Assembly: GCA_001794025.1 (NCBI GenBank)
Contig: MGJA01000003.1
Coordinates: 12,909 to 76,908 of the forward strand
Length of the DNA: 64,000 nucleotides
Origin: Candidatus Yanofskybacteria bacterium RIFCSPHIGHO2_01_FULL_41_21
GTDB taxonomy: Bacteria; Patescibacteriota; Minisyncoccia; 2-02-FULL-40-12; GWA2-44-9
Reading direction: 5' to 3'
Position numbers and translations under genes: made by a program. Of the stretch, positions 18,349 through 27,453 are shown one piece after another (within the stretch, counting starts at the first letter, position 1; each line of letters starts with the position of its first letter). Under the pieces are notes generated by a model that saw only the letters and a list, made by a program, of their open reading frames with translations, was not told the origin of the DNA and ran no database searches.

Positions 18349-19743
18349 ATGAAAAAAGCTGATTTATTTTTTAATGTTATTCGTCTCCCTATTGATTTTG
18401 GGATGCTTCTCCTTGCCGGTTTAACCGCCTATCTTTTACGTACTCAAATTTTGGCTAGTTTACGGCCTGTATATTTTGAACTCAATCTACCGCTGATTAA
18501 TTATATGTCGCTGGTGTTATTGGTGGCGCTGGTCTTTATCTGTGCTTATGCCGTATCCGGTTTATATTCAATGAAGGTTCGTATCGGTAAGGCCGAAGAA
18601 TTATTAAAAATTATTGTGGCTTCTTCGGCCGGAGTCATGTTGGTTATTATATTTATCTTTTTACGACAAGCGTTGTTTAATTCCAGATTCTTGGTTTTAG
18701 GTGCTTGGTTTTTAGCAATTATTTTTGTTGCAATCGGTCGGTTGTTAATTAGATATTTTCAACATGTAGCCGTGACTCGCTATAATTTCGGTATTCAGCG
18801 TGTAGTATTAATTGGTAACGACATAGTTGCTCAAGGATTGAAGGATCAACTTACTAAACATCCCGATACGGGTTATCGAATCATTGCCCATTGGGAAACA
18901 CCTCAACTTGAGTCCTTGGCTGAATTTGGGGATACGGTAGACGAGGTCCTATTGATTACACCCAGTTATGCCGATGTAACGGTTATTGATTTAGTTGATT
19001 TCTGTCACGAACATCATATTGTTTTTAAATTTGTTCCTAATTTGTATCAAACCCTGACTAAACATTTGGACGTTGATACAATCGGTGCGGTGCCGGTAAT
19101 TGAACTCAAACGCACCCCGCTTGATGGTTGGGGGAGAGTTTTTAAACGGGTGATTGATATTATCAGTGCCAGTGTGGGGTTAATAATTTTCTCACCCATA
19201 TTTCTTATTGTTGCGATTTTGATTAAGAGCGAAACGTCTGGGCCGGTTTTAATTAGACAGGAAAGGGTAAGTGGTAAGAATAAATTCTTTCTCCTTAAAT
19301 TTAGAAGTATGATCGCCGTGGATCCGGACGGATCGGCTGATTCATTAAAGGAAGGATTATTGGAACTCAATGAACGACAAGCCGGCCCTCTTTTTAAAAT
19401 AAAAAATGATCCAAGAGTAACAAAAATAGGAAGGTTTATCCGGCGGACGAGAATTGATGAATTACCTCAATTTTGGAATGTGTTGAAGGGCGATATTTCT
19501 CTTGTGGGGCCACGACCGCATCTTCCGAATGAAATAAATAAATACGAAAAACATCACAAAAAAGTTCTGGCCATTAAAGCCGGTGCGACGGGTCTGGCCC
19601 AGATTTCCGGCAGTTCTGACCTGGATTTTGATGAGGAAGTGACACTGGACAGCTTTTATATTGAGAACTGGTCTATGAGTATGGATTTAAAAATTATCTT
19701 TTGCACTATCTTTAAGATGTTGCATGACCACTCGGCAGTGTAG
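18349..19743 (+). CDS. Polyprenyl-phosphate sugar phosphotransferase (bacterial sugar transferase, WbaP/EpsL-like)
   Basis: C-terminal catalytic domain KFRSM...GPLFKIKNDPRVTKIGRFIRRTRIDELPQFWNVLKGDISLVGPRP with N-terminal TM helices. Confidence 0.85.
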   Translation: MKKADLFFNVIRLPIDFGMLLLAGLTAYLLRTQILASLRPVYFELNLPLINYMSLVLLVALVFICAYAVSGLYSMKVRIGKAEELLKIIVASSAGVMLVIIFIFLRQALFNSRFLVLGAWFLAIIFVAIGRLLIRYFQHVAVTRYNFGIQRVVLIGNDIVAQGLKDQLTKHPDTGYRIIAHWETPQLESLAEFGDTVDEVLLITPSYADVTVIDLVDFCHEHHIVFKFVPNLYQTLTKHLDVDTIGAVPVIELKRTPLDGWGRVFKRVIDIISASVGLIIFSPIFLIVAILIKSETSGPVLIRQERVSGKNKFFLLKFRSMIAVDPDGSADSLKEGLLELNERQAGPLFKIKNDPRVTKIGRFIRRTRIDELPQFWNVLKGDISLVGPRPHLPNEINKYEKHHKKVLAIKAGATGLAQISGSSDLDFDEEVTLDSFYIENWSMSMDLKIIFCTIFKMLHDHSAV

Positions 19744-19755
19744 TAGTGTAAGGGG

Positions 19756-20859
19756 ATGCGTATTGCCTTTGTTCATGAATATCTCAATCAATTCGGCGGG
19801 GCCGAGCGGATGCTTGCTGTTCTTGCGGAAATGTTCCCGACGGCGCCAATTTATACTCTACTTTACGACGAAAAAGCCACACGGGGATTATTTAAAGGCC
19901 GAGATATTAAGACCTCATTCCTTCAGAAATTCCCGGGGGCCGTCAGACATCACGAATGGTATCCACTTCTGATGCCTCTGGCCATTGAACAGTTTGATTT
20001 TTCTGCTTTTGATGTAGTTATTTCTATTTCTGCTTCATTTGCAAAAGGCATTATTACAAAACCAACCACTCGCCATATTTGTTATTGTCTTACACCTCCT
20101 CGGTTCCTTTGGGATAACAGCCAGAAGTTTAATAAGGATTTTGGTTTTCCTTTTTTAATTAGATTTGCCAGTCAGCCCCTCATCTCATACTTACGAATGT
20201 GGGATCGTTCGGCCTCCGATAGAATTGATGAATTTTGGCGAATATCGGATTTTGTGGGAAAAAGAATTCAAAAATATTATCATCAAACCTCCCGATTGAT
20301 ATATCCACCAGTGGATATATCAAAATTTACAATTTCTCTCCCTTCGGGAGATCTTTACGACAATTTACAGTTTGAGCCGTATTTTTTAATGGCTGGCCGG
20401 CTGGTTTCTTATAAAAAATTTGATGTGGCGATTAAAGCGTTCAATGAATTAAAATTGCCATTGAAAATTATTGGCATCGGGCCGGAGATTGCAAATTTAA
20501 AACGTTTAGCCAATAAAAATATAGAATTCCTTGGCCAAGTAGATGATAAAGAACTAGCCCGTCGTTATCGTGAAGCCAAAGCGTTAATATTTCCCCAAGA
20601 AGAGGACTTCGGTATCGTGCCGTTAGAAGCGATGGCTTCAGGGCGACCCGTGATTGCTTATCGTGGTGGTGGCGCCGGAGAAACTGTTATTGAAAACGAG
20701 ACGGGAATATTTTTTGATACTCAAACTCCCCAAGCCATTATTGAGGCGGTTAAAAAATTTGATAGTAATAAATTTTCGCCCGCCCGCTGTCGAGCACGGG
20801 CTGAAGAATTCAGCACAGAAGTTTTCCGAAAAAACATATTTAAATATTTAAATATTTAA
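19756..20859 (+). CDS. GT4 family glycosyltransferase
   Basis: EDFGIVPLEAMASGRPVIA E-x7-E motif. Confidence 0.75.
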   Translation: MRIAFVHEYLNQFGGAERMLAVLAEMFPTAPIYTLLYDEKATRGLFKGRDIKTSFLQKFPGAVRHHEWYPLLMPLAIEQFDFSAFDVVISISASFAKGIITKPTTRHICYCLTPPRFLWDNSQKFNKDFGFPFLIRFASQPLISYLRMWDRSASDRIDEFWRISDFVGKRIQKYYHQTSRLIYPPVDISKFTISLPSGDLYDNLQFEPYFLMAGRLVSYKKFDVAIKAFNELKLPLKIIGIGPEIANLKRLANKNIEFLGQVDDKELARRYREAKALIFPQEEDFGIVPLEAMASGRPVIAYRGGGAGETVIENETGIFFDTQTPQAIIEAVKKFDSNKFSPARCRARAEEFSTEVFRKNIFKYLNI

Positions 20860-20870
20860 ACTTTTATTCT

Positions 20871-21998
20871 ATGATTATCGGCGTTGATATTCGTCCCATG
20901 GTTGGCCTAAAGACCGGTATTCAAGAATATACCGAGCAGATTTTGGCTCACATGATTCATCTTGCGCCGGAACATCAATTTAAATTATTTTATTCTTCTT
21001 TTCGCGGTTCAATACCGGAACGATCTTGGATGCATGCGCCAAATGTTCAATTAATTAAATATCGGATTCCTAATAATTTACTATTCTTTACGGGAAGTGT
21101 TTTTGGATATCCGTTTCTGGATAATCTTATCGGCGGAGCGGATGTATTTTTTTCTCCCCATTTTTTTCAGGCACCATTGTCAAAAAAATGTCGGCGGGTA
21201 ACAACATTTCATGATCTTTCCTATCTTCGTTTTCCCGAATTTTTTACTTGGCGTAAATATTGGTGGCACACCGTTGAAATGAATCCGGCCTATCAAGCCC
21301 ATTTTTCAAATCAAATCATTGCCGTTTCCGAGTCAACCAAAAATGACTTGGTTGATTATTATCACATTGACCCTGCTAATATTTTTACAATTCATTCCGG
21401 GACTACTATGTCTCGGCCAACAAAAGAGATGCTTTCTCAATTCAAAAAAGACCATAATCTTCCGGATCGTTTTATATTACATGTCGGTACGCTTGAGCCA
21501 AGAAAAAATATCATCGGGTTAATTAGGGCTTTTAATATTTTAAAAGACCAAAATAAATATGAAGATGTTGAGTTGATACTTATCGGGAAAGAGGGTTGGC
21601 AATTTCAGGATATTTTAAAAGAAATTAAAAATTCTTCTCATAAGTCGCAAATTCGACATCTCGGTCATTTAACTGATGATTTGGCTTCTTATTATGGTCT
21701 AGCAACGATGTGCATTTGCCCTTCTTTTTTTGAAGGTTTTGGATTTCCGGCTCTTGAAGCTATGGCTTGTGGCACTCCGGTCATCGCTTCAGCCAACTCC
21801 TCGTTACCGGAAGTTGTGGGTGATGCCGGTCTTTTCATAAACCCATACAATATTTCTGAAATTTCTGAAGCGATGGAGATTGTGTTGTCCGAACCGATGG
21901 TTCGTAACCGAATGATTAAAAATGGTCTTGTGCGGGCTACAAAATTTACATGGGAAGATACCGCTCGTCAAACACTTGGTATTCTTACTCGGGAGTAG
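20871..21998 (+). CDS. GT4 family glycosyltransferase
   Basis: EGFGFPALEAMACGTPVIAS motif. Confidence 0.75.
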   Translation: MIIGVDIRPMVGLKTGIQEYTEQILAHMIHLAPEHQFKLFYSSFRGSIPERSWMHAPNVQLIKYRIPNNLLFFTGSVFGYPFLDNLIGGADVFFSPHFFQAPLSKKCRRVTTFHDLSYLRFPEFFTWRKYWWHTVEMNPAYQAHFSNQIIAVSESTKNDLVDYYHIDPANIFTIHSGTTMSRPTKEMLSQFKKDHNLPDRFILHVGTLEPRKNIIGLIRAFNILKDQNKYEDVELILIGKEGWQFQDILKEIKNSSHKSQIRHLGHLTDDLASYYGLATMCICPSFFEGFGFPALEAMACGTPVIASANSSLPEVVGDAGLFINPYNISEISEAMEIVLSEPMVRNRMIKNGLVRATKFTWEDTARQTLGILTRE

Positions 21999-22046
21999 AT
22001 AATTCATCCACAGATACTCACGGGTCTTTTGGGGTATAATTAAGTT

Positions 22047-24686
22047 ATGTCAGGTAGTGAAAATAAAGGGGTTGGGCAAGCAATGTTTGATGTGAAACCG
22101 GTCAATGAATCCGGTTCTCTTGATGTTCAGAAAATTGACGCCGTTCAACCAGTTGTTAACCTGACTTCTTTTAGGCCCAAAAAACCAAAATTTGGCCAAG
22201 GGAATCAGTCCAAACGACAAAATATTGAAGCTCCGGCCAAAGCGTTAGATGAAAGAAAATTAATTCCACCGCCCACACCATTAGAGGAAATATTGCCACC
22301 GGTGATTGGTTTGCCGTCTCATCAAGAGATTAAAGAACAGTTTGATGAGCTTATGAACCATGATTTGGATCTTAATATTGAGCTGACACAAGCGGGTATA
22401 ATAAAATTATCTGAATCTTCTGGAGAAAAACTTAGGCAGGCGAGACCTCGTTATAGGGTTATCAAAAATCGTAATTTGTCAGCTGTTGAGTCAGAACCCG
22501 ATTCGTATGCTCCTCTCATTTCCGCTATTCATGCATCTGCGACGGCGATTGCCCATGAGGAATATGTTCCACAAGTGCAGACGGAAAATTTTGATACTGA
22601 ATTTGAACCCGGGTCTGTTTTTGGATCAAATGAACTTTCTCAATCGGCCGAGATTGATGTGCGATCACTTTTTTCCGGTTCATCTATTCAACTTGCTTCA
22701 AAAAAATCTTATCCGAAAACGCCACGAGTTTGGAAATGGCCAAGATTTAGAATTAATAAAATCTATGTTTTTATTGCCGTCGTCGTTATCGTTGGGATTA
22801 TAATTATCGTGAGATATGGTATTAGTGTTAAGCGCCAAGTGGTTGAGCAAAGTTCGGCGGCGGTGACCAACCTTCAAACGGCCCAAGACGATTTAAAGAC
22901 CCTGAATTTTAAAAATGCTTCGCAAGATTTTTTTTCAGCTTATGCTAATTTTTCCAAAGCCGGGAATAGTTTGAATTTTTTGGGGGCAGGTGTGGCTGAC
23001 ATTCTTTCAGCTCTCCCCGGTGGCAGTACTCTTAAGTCGGCCAAAAACCTTGTTCAAGTCGGGCAGTTGCTTTCCGGCGCCGGAACTTCAATGACCACTG
23101 CTCTGGATACGGTTTCTAAAACAGGAGCACTTACAGACCCAATGAATTCCCAAGTACCGATTGGCCCAATAGTCAGTGCTTTAAAAAAGGCCTTACTCGC
23201 TTCTCAACAACAAGTTACCAAAGCCAGCGCCCTTATGGTTGATATTGATAGCAGTATCATTCCAGATGATAAACAGGAGAGTTTTAACGATTTAAAATCA
23301 AAACTGCCCGAACTTGAGGCGGGGATGAATATGAGCGTTGATTATGCTAAGTTTTTTGAAAACCTTATCAATAATGGTAAAGCCAAATATCTTGTGATGT
23401 TTCAGAATGCTTCCGAGTTACGACCGACGGGTGGATTCCCCGGGACATATGGCGTTGTATCGTTTGTGAATGGAAAGATGGAGAATCTTTTTGTTGATGA
23501 TGTTTATAATCTTGACGGTCAAATCAAAGAAAATATTATTCCACCGCTTCAAATGCAACACATTACTCCGACGTGGGGGATGCGTGATGCCAATTGGTAT
23601 GTTGATTTTCCGACTTCAGCCCGCAATATTGAAAAGTTTTACAAAAAGGAATCGGGACAAAGCGTTGATGGCGTGATTGTTATCAATCCGGAAATAATTC
23701 AGAAAATTCTTGAGATTGTCGGACCAATTGATATGCCGGATTATAAACTTACCCTTGATTCTAAAAATATTTTAACGACCGTCCAGAGCCAAGTTGAATA
23801 TGGGCCAAATCGGACTCAACCGAAGCAGATTCTCAAGGATTTCGCGCCATTGTTAATGAACAAGATTTATAATGCCGATTCGGATAAATGGCTCGCAATT
23901 TTTAATACTTTGGTTTTAAGCATGAACCAAAAAGATGTATTGATGAGTTTTGATAATTTATCGCTTGAAAGTTTTGTAACTGAGAAAGGTTTTGGTGGTC
24001 AAGTCCATCAGGGTGATACGGATTATCTAATGGCGACGATTACTAATATTAAGGGTTCCAAGACCGATGCGGTGACGGATACTTCAATGGTAGTAAATAC
24101 TAAATTTGAAAATGATGATGCCGTTCATACGCTAACCATTACGCGTAAACATAATGGTGGGGGAGAAAAATATGGATTTTATAATAAACAAAACCCCGCC
24201 TATGTCCGTGTCCTCGTGCCTGATGGCGCAGAGCTGATTTCTATTATTGGTAATGATAAACCAAATTTCACCCCACTTATAAATTATTCCAAAGATAAAA
24301 GTTTCGTTCGCGATGATAATTTGGTTAAGTTTGAAACCCCGCCCCAATCAGGGGCGGGGCAAGCGAGCTTGGCAAAATCTCAAGGCGTTGATTTGTACTC
24401 TGAATCAGGCAAGACCGAATTTGGTTTTTGGCTTATTACCGATGCCGGTAAATCAAAGACGGTCACGGTTCAGTATCGTGTACCAAAAGCTTTAACCGGC
24501 AAAAACTACTCGCTCTATATTCAGAAACAGCCCGCCTTGAAAATAAAGAACTTTAGTTTTTCAATGCAGAAACCCGCCAATCTTACTCCCGAGGCCTCGG
24601 CTCCGCTTCTAACCCAAGATGACTCCACTTACAGTTATTCGGCTCCGCTTGAGAATGATTTACCGATAAAAGTTAATTTTAAATAG
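22047..24686 (+). CDS. Large membrane-anchored extracellular protein (879 aa), possibly DUF4012-like, downstream of the EPS genes
   Basis: Single TM (IYVFIAVVVIVGIIIIV) after a ~230-aa cytoplasmic region. Motif NASELRPTGGFPGTYG. Family assignment is tentative. Confidence 0.5.
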   Translation: MSGSENKGVGQAMFDVKPVNESGSLDVQKIDAVQPVVNLTSFRPKKPKFGQGNQSKRQNIEAPAKALDERKLIPPPTPLEEILPPVIGLPSHQEIKEQFDELMNHDLDLNIELTQAGIIKLSESSGEKLRQARPRYRVIKNRNLSAVESEPDSYAPLISAIHASATAIAHEEYVPQVQTENFDTEFEPGSVFGSNELSQSAEIDVRSLFSGSSIQLASKKSYPKTPRVWKWPRFRINKIYVFIAVVVIVGIIIIVRYGISVKRQVVEQSSAAVTNLQTAQDDLKTLNFKNASQDFFSAYANFSKAGNSLNFLGAGVADILSALPGGSTLKSAKNLVQVGQLLSGAGTSMTTALDTVSKTGALTDPMNSQVPIGPIVSALKKALLASQQQVTKASALMVDIDSSIIPDDKQESFNDLKSKLPELEAGMNMSVDYAKFFENLINNGKAKYLVMFQNASELRPTGGFPGTYGVVSFVNGKMENLFVDDVYNLDGQIKENIIPPLQMQHITPTWGMRDANWYVDFPTSARNIEKFYKKESGQSVDGVIVINPEIIQKILEIVGPIDMPDYKLTLDSKNILTTVQSQVEYGPNRTQPKQILKDFAPLLMNKIYNADSDKWLAIFNTLVLSMNQKDVLMSFDNLSLESFVTEKGFGGQVHQGDTDYLMATITNIKGSKTDAVTDTSMVVNTKFENDDAVHTLTITRKHNGGGEKYGFYNKQNPAYVRVLVPDGAELISIIGNDKPNFTPLINYSKDKSFVRDDNLVKFETPPQSGAGQASLAKSQGVDLYSESGKTEFGFWLITDAGKSKTVTVQYRVPKALTGKNYSLYIQKQPALKIKNFSFSMQKPANLTPEASAPLLTQDDSTYSYSAPLENDLPIKVNFK

Positions 24687-24689
24687 GTC

Positions 24690-25582
24690 GCTCGACTCTG
24701 ACATTTCCCTTGCTGTTCTCTCCGCCTGTCTCGCAACCTCGACCTCGTCACTGATGCCGAACAAAAAGGCCACCTGATTTACGCTTCGCTACAAACATCC
24801 TTTTTGTTACCGGCATAGTTTCCTCGGTCTTTGGGCGAGAAGACGGCGTCGTTCAACGCTCGGAAATGCCCGAGCCGAGCTTATTTTTGTGGTTTTTGGC
24901 CCCTATTTTCAATCTTGACTTTTATATGAAATAAGAGTATAATTAAAATATGATTCAATGAGCAGTTCCTTTCAAGGAGGTTGGTAGTGCCGACAGCAAC
25001 AGCAGTTGAAATCCCTTCTCGTGGTTACGCCGACGTTTTCGATCTTCGGATCGAGGGCGACGGAAAGACTCACGGCGTCGGTGCTGGTTCTCAGTACATC
25101 GGCGGTTACTCCGGCATGGGCTGGTACGAGTACTTCATCGACAGGAATACCGGCGAGAAGTACAAGGTCCACTGCTCGGATGGAGTGAACGGTGGCAAGG
25201 ACGCCCACACCGACAAGGATTGCAAGTGGCGACACGATTGCTACTTGGCAATCATCGAGCGAACTCACGCCGAGACCAAGACCGGCCAGACGGTCGTCTA
25301 CATCTCGCGCAACGAATGGGTCATCATGCAGGGGTTCGACCACGGTAAGTGGTTGGAGACCGCCGAGGGCCTGCGCGACGGCGAGCAGAGCAAGGAGAAC
25401 GTTATCGAAGGTGGATTCATTGGCATGTGCCGAGGCATCCCCGTCGTCTGCGATCTCAAGCGTGTGGACAAACTCCCGCCTCGGGAGTAGCCGAAGCACC
25501 ACAGCATAGGCGGAGGGTTGATCCCTCCGCCGAGCCCGACCAACCCTCGGGTTTTTTCATACAAAAAATTGAGGAGCGAAGC
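24690..25582. other. GC-rich (~60%) foreign island in an otherwise AT-rich chromosome
   Basis: Abrupt composition shift. Both strands are open because of the GC bias. Bounded downstream by MITE-like copy C. Confidence 0.7.
24987..25490 (+). CDS. Hypothetical protein encoded in the GC-rich island
   Basis: AAGGAGG RBS at 24974-24980, 6 nt before a GTG (TTG at 24981 also possible). 168-aa ORF; no motif recognised. The antisense ORF 24972-25502 is regarded as a GC artefact. Confidence 0.45.
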   Translation: MPTATAVEIPSRGYADVFDLRIEGDGKTHGVGAGSQYIGGYSGMGWYEYFIDRNTGEKYKVHCSDGVNGGKDAHTDKDCKWRHDCYLAIIERTHAETKTGQTVVYISRNEWVIMQGFDHGKWLETAEGLRDGEQSKENVIEGGFIGMCRGIPVVCDLKRVDKLPPRE

Positions 25583-25738
25583 CCCTAACCCCCAGCGAGA
25601 AGTTGCGCAGGTCAATTTGCTTTAGCCAATTGACGAACCCCCGAAGCTTGGTGCTTGGTGAGGGGGCGAGCGTCTAGATAGCGCCGAGTCGCTGGAACGA
25701 GGTGACTATCGGTCGAGTCGGGGGTTGGGGGCGGAGCT
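25583..25738 (-). repeat. MITE-like repeat copy C (diverged; same family as 4827-4998 / 7072-7243)
   Basis: Shares ends CCCTAACCCCCAGCGAGAAGT... and ...TATCGGTCGAGTCGGGGGTTGGGG with copy B. The centre is diverged. Confidence 0.7.
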
Positions 25739-25767
25739 TTTGAAAACGAATAAATCAAGATATACTG

Positions 25768-27096
25768 ATGATAATGTTTAAATCCAAAATATTTAGGGCG
25801 AGTGTATTGTTGGGGTTTTTTACTATTGTCGGCAAATTGATTGGTCTCTTGCGAGATCGGATTTTGGTCGGACAATTTGGCGCTTCAACTGAATTGGACG
25901 TGTATTATGCCGCGTTCCGGATTCCGGATCTTGTTTTTAATCTTTTGATTCTTGGTGCGACCTCGTCGGCGATTGTGCCGATTTTTATTGAATACTATCA
26001 GCGGGATAAGGCGGGAGCTTGGCGTGTTGCCCAGAATTTCTTGAACGTCATGGTGGCGGGAGTGGCAGTCCTGTCAATATTAGTTTTTGTCTTTGCTGAA
26101 CCGATAGCGTATTTGATTGGGCCTGGTTTTGGTCCGGCAGAAATAAAAATTCTTGCCAATTTGATGCGTATCATGCTTTTAAGTACCCTGATATTTGCGG
26201 TCAGCACTATTTTAGGATCAATTCTCCATGCTCTTCAGCGATTTTTGGTCTATGCTCTGGCACCGGTGTTTTATAATCTCGGTATTATCGCGGGTGTGGT
26301 GTTTTTTGTCCCGTTGTTTGAACGATGGGGATATAACGGGATTTATGGTCTTGGATTTGGTGTCGTGTTGGGCGCTTTGCTCCACTTGCTTATTCAATTA
26401 CCCGTAGCGTTGCGTGAAGGATTCCGTTTCGGGAAATTATTTGATATATCCGATCATACATTTAGACGAATGATTACGCTTATGATTCCTCGGACATTGG
26501 CGTTGGGTGCTTACAATATTGGTTTAACAATTATCACAAGCATTGCTTCGTTATTAGGGAGCGGGAGTATTACTATTATCAATCTGGCGACCAATCTTCA
26601 GTTTGTTCCGGTTTCCGTTATTGGCATTTCGTTGGCTACGGCGGTGTTTCCACAATTATCTTCTCATGCCGTTACCCAAGATATACCTGAATTCAAGAGA
26701 AAACTTAATCATGCTCTAAGAGTGACGTTTATATTGACCGGCATCATTGCGGTATTCATGTTTGTTTTTAGGCAATTGATTATTGATATTATTTTTCAGG
26801 TTGGAACTTTCAAAGAAACCGATCGGGCGTTAACAGCATCGGTACTTGGTATTTTTATGTTTAGCGTTATAGCCCAGAGTTTAATGCACGTTATTACGCG
26901 GGCCTATTATGCTTTTCAAAACACAAAAACCCCGTTTCTGGTAGCGATATCGTCTATTGTGCTTAATGTTCTGTTGAGTTATATATTGGGATTACAATTA
27001 GGGATGGGTGTTAAAGGAATTGCCATCGCTACTGTTATTGCTTACAACATTAATTTTATGTTTCTCTATATTCTATTCAGGCGTCGGTATTTTTAA
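25768..27096 (+). CDS. murJ: Lipid II flippase MurJ/MviN
   Basis: N-terminus SVLLGFFTIVGKLIGLLRDRILVGQFGASTELDVYYAAFRIPD typical of MurJ. ~12 TM helices. Confidence 0.8.
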   Translation: MIMFKSKIFRASVLLGFFTIVGKLIGLLRDRILVGQFGASTELDVYYAAFRIPDLVFNLLILGATSSAIVPIFIEYYQRDKAGAWRVAQNFLNVMVAGVAVLSILVFVFAEPIAYLIGPGFGPAEIKILANLMRIMLLSTLIFAVSTILGSILHALQRFLVYALAPVFYNLGIIAGVVFFVPLFERWGYNGIYGLGFGVVLGALLHLLIQLPVALREGFRFGKLFDISDHTFRRMITLMIPRTLALGAYNIGLTIITSIASLLGSGSITIINLATNLQFVPVSVIGISLATAVFPQLSSHAVTQDIPEFKRKLNHALRVTFILTGIIAVFMFVFRQLIIDIIFQVGTFKETDRALTASVLGIFMFSVIAQSLMHVITRAYYAFQNTKTPFLVAISSIVLNVLLSYILGLQLGMGVKGIAIATVIAYNINFMFLYILFRRRYF

Positions 27097-27156
27097 TTGT
27101 GTCTTTTAAAAGGTTATTTTCTGTGTTAGGATAAAGCCATTAAGGAGTCAAAATAT

Positions 27157-27411
27157 ATGGCAAGAGCCGAACATTTACCCGAAGAATTAATAGAAAATGA
27201 ACTTTTTGATGGGCTTCACCTTAACCCTGCTACTTTAGATCGTGAGTGGGTCCATGGTCGGCTTCAGCTTGAAGATTCTAAACGTTCTCGGTTGGTCAGG
27301 AGTCATCTAGGGATGTGCAAGACCTGTCGGGAGTGTGAGCAGAAAATTCTCCAAAAAGATCGTGATGAGGACTGGAAGCTGGCCCAGCTTCCTGAAAGCG
27401 ACCGCGACTAA
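27157..27411 (+). CDS. Hypothetical small protein (84 aa) with CxxC pair
   Basis: ORF with upstream GGAG. CKTCRECEQ motif. Followed by hairpin 27431-27448. Confidence 0.4.
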   Translation: MARAEHLPEELIENELFDGLHLNPATLDREWVHGRLQLEDSKRSRLVRSHLGMCKTCRECEQKILQKDRDEDWKLAQLPESDRD

Positions 27412-27453
27412 TCACTCGGGGCCCCGCCGGTGCGGGGCTCATTATTATTAAGA

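Noticed and set aside
24972-25502. 176-aa minus-strand ORF and several 60-105-aa ORFs across 25000-25615
   Set aside because: Open frames on every strand result from the high GC of the island. Only the plus-strand ORF has an SD and start context.
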